Shown in pieces: positions 38,027 to 45,844 of a DNA stretch of 64,000 nt. The notes under the pieces are model-generated. The model saw only the letters and a list, made by a program, of their open reading frames with translations, was not told the origin of the DNA and searched no databases. Position 1 is the first letter of the stretch; every line of letters starts with the position of its first letter. The stretch is from NCBI GenBank assembly GCA_052390495.1, contig JBQTGW010000240.1, positions 33,232-97,231 on the forward strand, given 5' to 3'. The DNA comes from Pseudonocardiales bacterium (GTDB taxonomy: Bacteria > Actinomycetota > Actinomycetes > Mycobacteriales > Pseudonocardiaceae). Made by a program: the position numbers and the translations under genes.

Positions 38027-38269
38027 TGACCGAAGCCTGCGGACAGCCCGCCGACTTCAGCTCACGCCGCACAGCCCGGTCGGTGACCACACGGGTTACC
38101 GAGGCCCCTTGGTCGAGAGCGTCGCGGAGGGAGGATGAGCTGACCAGCTGGAGATCTGCAGCGCACTTAGCTCACAGCCTCTCAAGTCGCTGACTCCGCC
38201 GAAAGGGTTACTGTGGCCACCGTGCTAGCCTGCCCCTCGACATGAACTACTGAACCTGGCCAGAGGAAC

Positions 38270-38815
38270 ATGCACATGCAGGAAAGCACACTCGTCATCA
38301 TCAAGCCTGACGCCTACCAACGTGGCCTGACGGGCGCAATTTTAGCGCGGTTTGAGCAGCGCGGCTTGACGCTGGACGGAATCCGGGTAAGCCACGGTGA
38401 GCACCAGATCCTCCAAGACCACTACCCACAAACCGAGGATTGGCTGTCAACAGTCGGCGGTAAGACGCTCGCCGACTACGCCAAGCTTGGGATCTCAGCG
38501 AAAGACCGGATTGACACCGATGACCCTGTAGAGATCGGGCGGACGGTACGCAAGTGGCTAGTGGAGTTCATGCTGAGTGGTCCGGTGGTGCCGATGGTTC
38601 TGTCAGGTAACCGGGTAATAGAGACTGTGCGTAAAATTGTCGGGCACACATTACCAGTCATGGCGGTACCCGGCACCATTCGTGGTGACTACAGTTCAGA
38701 CTCGGCGGATCTCGCGAACGACGAACTCCGACCAGTGCTCAACCTCGTGCACGCATCAGGTGATCCTGACGAGGCAGCGAGAGAGATCAAGCTTTGGTTT
38801 CCTGAGTTGGGGTAA
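38270..38815 (+). CDS. ndk: nucleoside-diphosphate kinase with an insertion of about 40 aa
   Basis: TLVIIKPDAYQRGLTGAILARFEQRGL ... LVEFMLSGPVVPMVLSG ... GTIRGDY ... NLVHASGDPDEAAREIKLWFPE. Extra sequence lies between HYPQ and LVEF relative to the usual roughly 140-aa NDK. Confidence 0.8.
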   Translation: MHMQESTLVIIKPDAYQRGLTGAILARFEQRGLTLDGIRVSHGEHQILQDHYPQTEDWLSTVGGKTLADYAKLGISAKDRIDTDDPVEIGRTVRKWLVEFMLSGPVVPMVLSGNRVIETVRKIVGHTLPVMAVPGTIRGDYSSDSADLANDELRPVLNLVHASGDPDEAAREIKLWFPELG

Positions 38816-39480
38816 TGACAATCAGCTGGACTCTCGAAGGCGAGCTGATGAAGCTCGCTGGCGCAGACGAGATCGCATCTGCGTTGACCATCCTCGGGAT
38901 CATCAAAGCCGACGAAGAATTCGTACTCGAAACTGTTCAAGACTGGTACCGATCGGGTGCGGAGACCTACTCTCTGCGTTTTTCGGTCTCTAACCAATCA
39001 TGTCAGCGCGAGTTTATGATGAAGGCGTGCGTCGCTTATGCCGGTGGAACACCACTCAATGACATTTTCGCTAGCTGGCTTTCGCGACGCAGCATCCTTG
39101 AGGATATAGGCGTAAGCACGCCGCGACTTCATGTAGCGGGCAACGCTGTCCTCGTGGAGGAGTATATCCATCAGAGTCTCGTCGACGCCTTAACGAGCGG
39201 GGAGCGGCGAGAGGCTATCTTGCGCGCAATTGGCCGTACTGCTGGTCTCCTTGTTTCGGCTGGTTTTGTACCGCTAAGCGCTTGCGATTGGCGCTCGCAC
39301 GGAGACGATGTTGTGTTGGTCGACTTTGGTCAGGATCTCGGACCGTCCGGCGTGGGGAACGGCTCAGAAGCTGGTTTGCTCTCCGAGGTGTTGGACAACG
39401 TAGACCAGGCCGGTATAGACTTAACTTCCACCGAACTCATACTCGTTAGCGCCGCCTACGAGGCGTCTTTGTCAAGCTAA
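38815..39480 (+). CDS. hypothetical protein with a possible protein-kinase-like (RIO/Kdo/APH-type) fold
   Basis: The putative beta3 Lys is REFMMKACV, the hinge is VLVEEYI and the DFG-like motif is VVLVDFGQD. The catalytic loop is atypical. There are TAATG overlaps at both ends (38815 and 39480). Confidence 0.35.
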   Translation: MTISWTLEGELMKLAGADEIASALTILGIIKADEEFVLETVQDWYRSGAETYSLRFSVSNQSCQREFMMKACVAYAGGTPLNDIFASWLSRRSILEDIGVSTPRLHVAGNAVLVEEYIHQSLVDALTSGERREAILRAIGRTAGLLVSAGFVPLSACDWRSHGDDVVLVDFGQDLGPSGVGNGSEAGLLSEVLDNVDQAGIDLTSTELILVSAAYEASLSS

Positions 39481-40396
39481 TGCAGATTTGGCGAAAACTA
39501 CCACCCGGCGGTCATGGTGTGATGTCAACAAGGCGGGACATCGCAGTACTCGATCACCTCAACGTCCACGAGGGCCACCACGTGCTGGAGATCGGAACAG
39601 GCACCAGCTACAACGCCGCATTGCTCGCGCATCGGCTCGACGCCGACCGAGTGACCACCATAGAGATCGATCCCGAGGTAGCCACCCACGCGCGCAAAGC
39701 CCTGTCGGACGCGGGATTCGGCGAGATCACGGTGCTAACTGGAGACGGGGCGCTCGGGTATCCCCCCGGAGCTCCGTACCACCGCGTGATCGCCACCGCC
39801 GCCTGCCGGACAGTGCCCTACCCGTGGGTAGACCAGACTCGCCCAGGAGGACGGATCGTGACCCATGGGGCACCCAGTACTACAACAGCGGACTGCTCGC
39901 GCTCACCGTCAACGATGACGGCACCGCCACCGGCGGGATCGTCGACACAGCTACCTTCATGTGGCTTCGTAACCAGCGCTTCACCCGCCACGCCATCAGC
40001 ACCACCGACGAGCAGGAGCAGCAAGCCAGCGTCACCGAGACCGATATTCACCCCGCCGAAGTCGCCAACTCGGACTTCTCACTCGGGGCCGCCATGACGA
40101 TCGGCTTGCGAGTGCAGAACTGCCGATCGAGCTACACTCCGCCCGAGTCCGACCCCAACGGCGAAGGAATTCTGTGGCTGGCCGACCACGAATCGCGCTC
40201 GTGGGCACGGCTACACCACGACCCTGGCAGCGACGGCCCTTACCGCGTATACCAGTTCGGTCCACGCACGCTGTGGGACGAAGTCGCAGCCGCCCACCGC
40301 TGGTGGGCCAAGCAAGGTCGACCCGAGACCGACAGCTGGGTGTTCACCGTGACTCCGCAAGGTCAGCGGATCGAGCTGCCGGATTCCAGAACATGA
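39480..40396 (+). pseudogene. PIMT-like (protein-L-isoaspartate O-methyltransferase-family) methyltransferase with a C-terminal extension, frameshifted at about 39861-39870
   Basis: ORF 39480..40097 carries VLEIGTGTSYNAALLA...GDGALGYPPGAPYHRVIATAA...PGGRIVT. ORF 39488..40396 continues as (P)WGTQYYNSGLLALTVNDDG... in another frame. acccatgggg looks like accccatgggg minus one C. Confidence 0.6.
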
Positions 40397-40521
40397 TCAA
40401 ATTTGACCCGCTGTGGCGCTGGCCACCTAATTCTGGCGCGGCTGGGACGAGTGCGTGATTTCGGAGAGGTCAGGACGAGCTGGGGGGCTGCGGATTCGGG
40501 CGTGGCGTTACGCTGCCGCCC

Positions 40522-41748
40522 ATGGCTGCGGACATCGTGCCGATCGAGCTCTCCCTGACCGCCGGTGACCTGGTGACACTGTGGGCACCGCGGTGGCGCG
40601 AGGACGGCGAGGAGTGGGAGGCATTCCTCGGCGACGACAGCGGCCTGTTCGCCTTCGCCGACGTCGCGGCGCTGGTCAGCTTCGTGCGCACCACCGGCGA
40701 GCACGATCTCGCCGACCACCCGGCCTGGGCGCTGGTGCCGCGGCTGCCCGCGCCAGACCTGCGGCCCGAGGAGTCCCACCGGTACGACCTCGTCGGCGTG
40801 CCCGAACGGGCCGCCGAGCCGCCGGACACCTGGGTGATCGGTGAACTGGCCGATGTCGTGAGCATGGTGCGCTCGCTGGCCGAGGTCTGCGACCTGGACA
40901 GCGTGCACCAGGTGCTGAACGCCACCCCGGCCTTCGACCTGCTCGCTGGAGGCACGCTGGCCTTCGGCGGCCGTGAGGGTGCACGGCTCTGGGACGAGCT
41001 GTGCACTGTGATCGCGCAGCGCTGGGACGAGGTGCTCGACGCACTGGACGCGGTGGTGCGCACCCCGGAGGTGGACGTTGCGGCGCTGGCCGCCGCTCAG
41101 ACCGAGTTGGCACAAGTCGAGTTGGCGCAGGCCGAGTCCACCGATGAGGCCCACGACAGCGCGCCCGAAAGCCTCCCGGCCCCGGTGGATCCGGCACTGG
41201 CGTTCTGGTCCGAGGTCGGCATCGACCCGATCCGGATCATCAGCGACCTGGGCGATCACTACACCCTGCGCTGCTACGTCGACGACGTACCAGTGTTCCT
41301 CGGCCACGACGGGCGGCTGGAGGTCTTCCGCTCGCCGCGCGCACTGGCCCGCTACCTCGCGGGCGATCCCGAAAGCCACGACCTGGAGGACGTGTCCACC
41401 TGGCCCCAGGTGCTGCAGCGCGCGCACAGTGGGGAGCTCACGGTGGCGGTCGACCAGGACAACTCCTACGCGCTCGCCGGCTTGGCCGACGACCTGGCCG
41501 CAGGCCCGGGCATGGTCGACCCGGTCCAGCTTGACCTGGCCGTCGAACTGATCACCGACGCCGAGCGGTGGGCCGGGTCGGATACCGCGGACGAGGCGCT
41601 GGGCAGCTCACAGCCGCTGGGCTGGCTGGTCTCCTTCATACTCAAGCCAGACCCGACCCGGTTGGCGCCCAGTGCACCCTTCGACGCCGAAGTGGCCGCC
41701 TGGCGCACGCTGGTCAGCCGCCTCGAAGCTCGGCTGCACGTGCGCTAA
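40522..41748 (+). CDS. conserved actinobacterial protein (Rv3311-like; sometimes annotated 'primosomal protein')
   Basis: 408 aa, acidic, starting MAADIVPIELSLTAGDLVTLWAPRWREDGEEWEAFLG. Its position next to add matches the mycobacterial neighbourhood as I recall it. Confidence 0.6.
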   Translation: MAADIVPIELSLTAGDLVTLWAPRWREDGEEWEAFLGDDSGLFAFADVAALVSFVRTTGEHDLADHPAWALVPRLPAPDLRPEESHRYDLVGVPERAAEPPDTWVIGELADVVSMVRSLAEVCDLDSVHQVLNATPAFDLLAGGTLAFGGREGARLWDELCTVIAQRWDEVLDALDAVVRTPEVDVAALAAAQTELAQVELAQAESTDEAHDSAPESLPAPVDPALAFWSEVGIDPIRIISDLGDHYTLRCYVDDVPVFLGHDGRLEVFRSPRALARYLAGDPESHDLEDVSTWPQVLQRAHSGELTVAVDQDNSYALAGLADDLAAGPGMVDPVQLDLAVELITDAERWAGSDTADEALGSSQPLGWLVSFILKPDPTRLAPSAPFDAEVAAWRTLVSRLEARLHVR

Positions 41749-41753
41749 ACCGG

Positions 41754-41895
41754 ACGTTGGTAGCTCTTCAAGGACCACCAACCCCCGAATTACTGCTCAT
41801 AACGGCAGCCAACCCCGCTGGTGAAGCCAGCGGGGTTGGCTGCCGTTTGAGACCTAATGGACGGGGGTTGGTGGTCCTTGAAGAGCTACCAACGT
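41754..41895. repeat. nested palindromic element: perfect 33-bp inverted repeats enclosing a 20-bp-stem hairpin
   Basis: The left arm 41754-41786 (acgttggtagctcttcaaggaccaccaaccccc) is the exact reverse complement of 41863-41895. The element fills the whole gap between two convergent stop codons (41748 and 41896). Confidence 0.9.
41802..41846. terminator. strong GC-rich hairpin (20-bp stem, 5-nt loop), probably a bidirectional terminator
   Basis: acggcagccaaccccgctgg-tgaag-ccagcggggttggctgccgt followed by ttga. It lies between convergent genes. Confidence 0.6.
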
Positions 41896-42996
41896 TCAGC
41901 CGATCACTACGGCGAACCCGGGCTTGATCACGTCGTCGATCAGCGCCAGCCGCTCGTCGAAGGGCAGGAAGGCCGACTTCATCGCGTTGATGGTGAACCG
42001 CTGCAGATCGCTCCAGCCGTAGCCGAACGCATCGACCAGCGCGGCCATCTCGCTGGACATCGAGCACCCGGACATCAGCCGGTTATCGGTATTGACGGTG
42101 ACCCGGAACCGCAGCTCCGCAAGCAGGCCGAAGGGGTGCTCGACGATCGAGGCGGCGGCCCCGGTCTGCACGTTGGAGGTAGGGCAGAGCTCCAGCGGGA
42201 TCCGCTTGTCCCGCACGTAGGCGGCCAGCCTGCCGATCTTCACGGTGCCGTCCGCGGCCACCACGATGTCGTCGACGATCCGGACCCCGTGGCCGAGGCG
42301 GTCTGCGCCACACCACTGCAGCGCCTCCCAGATCGAGGGCAGGCCGAACGCCTCCCCGGCGTGGATCGTGAAGTGGGAGTTCTGCTGACGCAGGTACTCG
42401 AAAGCGTCCAGGTGCCGAGTGGGCGGGAAGCCCGCTTCCGCGCCTGCGATGTCGAAGCCCACGACCCCGGCATCGCGGTAGCGCACCGCGAGCTCGGCGA
42501 TCTCCCGGGACCGCGCCGCATGCCGCATGGCGGTCAGCAGACACCCCATCCGGATCCGTCCGCCCACCGGATGGCCGTCGGCCGCAGCCCGCGCGCTGCC
42601 CTCGGCGAAGCCGGCGAGCACGGCCTCCACCACCTGTTCGAGGTGCAGCCCGCGCTCGGTGTGCAGCTCGGGAGCGAACCGCACCTCGGCGTAGACGACA
42701 CCGTCTGCCGCCAGGTCCTCGGCGCATTCGGCCGCCACCCGGTGCAGCGCGGACGGCGTCTGCATCACACCGACGGTGTGCGCGAAGGGCTCCAGGTAGC
42801 GCTCCAGCGTGCCCGAGGCCGCTGCCGCGCGGAACCAGGCGTCCAACTCGGTGACGTCGGTACTGGGCAGCTCGCGATAGCCGACCTGCTCAGCCAGCTC
42901 CACCACCGTGGCGGGCCGCAGCCCGCCGTCGAGGTGGTCGTGCAGCAGTACCTTGGGTGCGGTGCGCAGGGTGTCGCGCGTCAGCGGGGTTGCCAC
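41896..42996 (-). CDS. add: adenosine deaminase
   Basis: 366 aa with [27 protein letters not shown] and [10 protein letters not shown]. Confidence 0.95.
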   Translation of the reverse strand: MATPLTRDTLRTAPKVLLHDHLDGGLRPATVVELAEQVGYRELPSTDVTELDAWFRAAAASGTLERYLEPFAHTVGVMQTPSALHRVAAECAEDLAADGVVYAEVRFAPELHTERGLHLEQVVEAVLAGFAEGSARAAADGHPVGGRIRMGCLLTAMRHAARSREIAELAVRYRDAGVVGFDIAGAEAGFPPTRHLDAFEYLRQQNSHFTIHAGEAFGLPSIWEALQWCGADRLGHGVRIVDDIVVAADGTVKIGRLAAYVRDKRIPLELCPTSNVQTGAAASIVEHPFGLLAELRFRVTVNTDNRLMSGCSMSSEMAALVDAFGYGWSDLQRFTINAMKSAFLPFDERLALIDDVIKPGFAVVIG

Positions 42997-43130
42997 CTGG
43001 CTACCGTATTCCCGCTGGGGTCACCGCTTCTGGGGTCACCGCCTGTCGCCACGGCTAAGGACATGGCTAGGCTGCGCGCGCATCGCCACTTTTCCGTTCA
43101 CCCTCATCCTCGTCAAAGGCCAGGCCGCCC

Positions 43131-44204
43131 GTGAGCAACGAGAACTCCACGACATCGTTCGACCGGATGCGGAGCATGCTGATGCGTGCCGCTGAGATCC
43201 GCGACAGTGAGCAGCAGCAGGTCTTCGACGCGCTGGACGAGATCCATGCCCGCTTAGCTCCGCTGGAGTCACTCGGCTCGGTCCGCAAGCGCCTTTCGGA
43301 GCTGCCGGACCGGACCGAGGTCAGCGTGTTGGCCGAGCGGATGGACGAGACCCTGGCCAAGCTGGACTCGCACGACAACGCGATCACCGCGCTGACCCGC
43401 CTCGTCGAGTCGATCGTGGACAAGCTGGCCGCTCCGTTCGCCGAGCTCGGTGGGCGGCTGGACGGGATGGCGGGCCGGTTCGAGGGAGTCGCGGGCCGGA
43501 TGGACGGTCTGGAGGACCGGATCGCCGGACTGCACAAGCGGATCGACGAACTGGACCACCATCTGGACAAGCAGGACGGCAAGCTGGATGGGCTGCCCGC
43601 AGCGGTGCACGGCCCGGTGCGGGAGCGGATCGACACAGCCGAGACGGGGTTGCGGGGCCGCATCGAAGAGGTCGACGAGGGCGTCCACGAGCACCTCGAT
43701 GGCCTGGCGCGGACCGTCAACGAGACCACCGACAAGCTGGGTGCCAGCCTCGGCGAGGCGGTCTCCGGCGGGCTCGACGCGCAGACCAGCCTGCTCGACC
43801 CGCACCCCCAGCTGAAGGCGCTGGCAGGCACCCTGCAGGCAGTCACAGCCGGGATGGACACCCTGGCGGCTCGGTTGGACAGTCTGGAGAAGGGTGTCGA
43901 CGGCCGGATCAGCACGGTCACCGAGCGTCTCGGCGTGCTGGACGACGCACTCGCCGACCGCCCGAACGCCGACTCGGTGGCCGACCTGGTCCGCCAGGCC
44001 AACGAGGAGTCCGAGGTGCGCAACGCCAGTCAGCTGGACGAGGCGATGGCCACCTTCGCCGAGCTCATCATGGGCGGAACTCCCACTCAGCTGATCTCCA
44101 CGCCACCACCCCCGCCCCGCCCGGCACAGCGGCGGGTCCGCACGCCCACCACCAAACCGAGGGCCGAGCAGGAGCGGAGCTCGGAGGAAGCCGCCGCATC
44201 CTGA
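43131..44204 (+). CDS. coiled-coil protein with repeated R(L/M)DG(L/M) heptad-like units and a Pro/Arg-rich C-terminus
   Basis: 357 aa containing LGGRLDGMAGRFEGVAGRMDGLEDRIAGLHKRIDELDHHLDKQDGKLDGL. This strand has GC-rich third-codon positions; the long antisense ORFs look like shadows. Confidence 0.6.
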   Translation: MSNENSTTSFDRMRSMLMRAAEIRDSEQQQVFDALDEIHARLAPLESLGSVRKRLSELPDRTEVSVLAERMDETLAKLDSHDNAITALTRLVESIVDKLAAPFAELGGRLDGMAGRFEGVAGRMDGLEDRIAGLHKRIDELDHHLDKQDGKLDGLPAAVHGPVRERIDTAETGLRGRIEEVDEGVHEHLDGLARTVNETTDKLGASLGEAVSGGLDAQTSLLDPHPQLKALAGTLQAVTAGMDTLAARLDSLEKGVDGRISTVTERLGVLDDALADRPNADSVADLVRQANEESEVRNASQLDEAMATFAELIMGGTPTQLISTPPPPPRPAQRRVRTPTTKPRAEQERSSEEAAAS

Positions 44205-44284
44205 CCACTGAGCGGGATGAACTGAATAGTCGGCCGACACCTCCGTTCGATGCGAGTGGCGAATCGAATCGATAGGTTCGGTCC

Positions 44285-45598
44285 GTGCACGCGATACGGT
44301 CCCGAGCAATCGCGGTACTGATCGCCACGATCAGCGTGTCGGCCCTGCTCGGCGCCGCGCCACTGGGGACACCCACGCCACCGGTGCCCGCCCCGATCAC
44401 ACCAGACACGTCGGGATGCCCCAACCGGGTGGCCCCTCCCCCGCCGGTCGACCTCTCCGAGGTCCCAGCTCCCGGCGGACGGGTCCCGGAACCCCTACCA
44501 CTTCCCGACCGCCCGGCAGGCGGGGAACGGATGGGCGAATGCGGGCTGGTGCTGCCCAAAGGTGCGCCTGCCCTGCCGGACGGGATCAGCGCCACATCCT
44601 GGCTGCTGGCCGACGCAGCGACCGGCGAGGTGCTCGCCGCCAAGGATCCCCACGCGCGGCACCGCCCAGCTTCGACGATCAAACTGCTGACCGCGCTGCT
44701 GGTGGCCGACCGGCTGCCCCCCGACAAGATCGTGGTTGCCACCCAGGCCGACGCCGACCAGGAGGGCAGCAAGGCAGGCATCGGCCCGGGCGGCTCTTAC
44801 ACAGTCCGGCAGCTGCTCGCCGGTCTGCTGCTGGTCTCCGGCAACGACGCCGCGCATGCCCTGGCCGAGCAGCTGGGCGGGATACCCGCGACCATCACGC
44901 AGCTCAACGACCTGGCCGCCGAGCTGGGCGCGCACGACACCCGCGCCGCCACCCCGTCCGGATTGGACGGTCCTGGGATGAGCACCTCGGCCTATGATCT
45001 GACCTTGGTGTTCCGGCACGTGCTGCACAACCCGCTGCTCGCCCAACTGCTGAACACGGCGGTGGTGGACTTTCCAGGCTTCGCTGACCGGCCGGGGTTC
45101 ATGGTCAGCAACGACAACAGGCTGCTCGCGAACTACCCCGGCGCGGTGGGCGGCAAGACCGGGTTCACCGACGACGCCCGCCACACCTATGCCGGCGCGG
45201 CGGTTCGGGGTACCCGACCGCTGATGGTGGTGCTGCTGCGCGGCGAGCAACGGCCAGTGCCGATGTGGGAACAGGCAGCGCGGCTACTGGACTACGGATT
45301 CGCGCTGCCCCCAGGGACCGCGGTCGGGCAACTGGTAACCGGAACTCAACTCGCCGAAACCCAGCCCACCGAAACCCAACTCACCGGAACCCAACTCACC
45401 GGAATCCAGCTCACCCCGTCCCAGTCATCCCAGCCGTACCAGAGCGCCCCGACCTCCCCGCCGCTGCTCGGTGATGGCACCGCGTCGTTAGACGGCTCCA
45501 ACGCTCCTGACGAGATCGTCATGTGGCCGCTGTGGCTCGCGCTGACAATCTCCGTGCTGGCCATACTCAGTGCGCTCATCATCCGCAAACGTACTTAA
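44285..45598 (+). CDS. D-alanyl-D-alanine carboxypeptidase (S11 serine peptidase / low-MW PBP) with a C-terminal repeat linker and TM anchor
   Basis: The motifs are SxxK (PASTIKLLTALL), SGN (VSGNDAAHAL) and KTG (GKTGFTDDA). 15-bp repeats encode TQLAETQPTETQLTGTQLTGIQLT. The C-terminal TM helix is WPLWLALTISVLAILSALII. Confidence 0.85.
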   Translation: MHAIRSRAIAVLIATISVSALLGAAPLGTPTPPVPAPITPDTSGCPNRVAPPPPVDLSEVPAPGGRVPEPLPLPDRPAGGERMGECGLVLPKGAPALPDGISATSWLLADAATGEVLAAKDPHARHRPASTIKLLTALLVADRLPPDKIVVATQADADQEGSKAGIGPGGSYTVRQLLAGLLLVSGNDAAHALAEQLGGIPATITQLNDLAAELGAHDTRAATPSGLDGPGMSTSAYDLTLVFRHVLHNPLLAQLLNTAVVDFPGFADRPGFMVSNDNRLLANYPGAVGGKTGFTDDARHTYAGAAVRGTRPLMVVLLRGEQRPVPMWEQAARLLDYGFALPPGTAVGQLVTGTQLAETQPTETQLTGTQLTGIQLTPSQSSQPYQSAPTSPPLLGDGTASLDGSNAPDEIVMWPLWLALTISVLAILSALIIRKRT

Positions 45599-45844
45599 GT
45601 CATCGACCACGTACCGGCGGTCGACGACATCGCTGCGCTGTTCGTGAGTGTGACCGCCGAGTAGGCGGTGCAGTCCGTCTGGACCAAGACGAAATGTCGG
45701 ACGGAACCGTGCTCCGTGTGAATGGAAGTATTGGCACCGGGCGCCGCCCCCCGCGCCCTGACCCTGTCGAGCGGACAACCGAACTATAGAGCTGTCGCCG
45801 ATATCCGGCCGCTCTGTGGGCTCGTCCCCTTGGGGCTTGACCCG

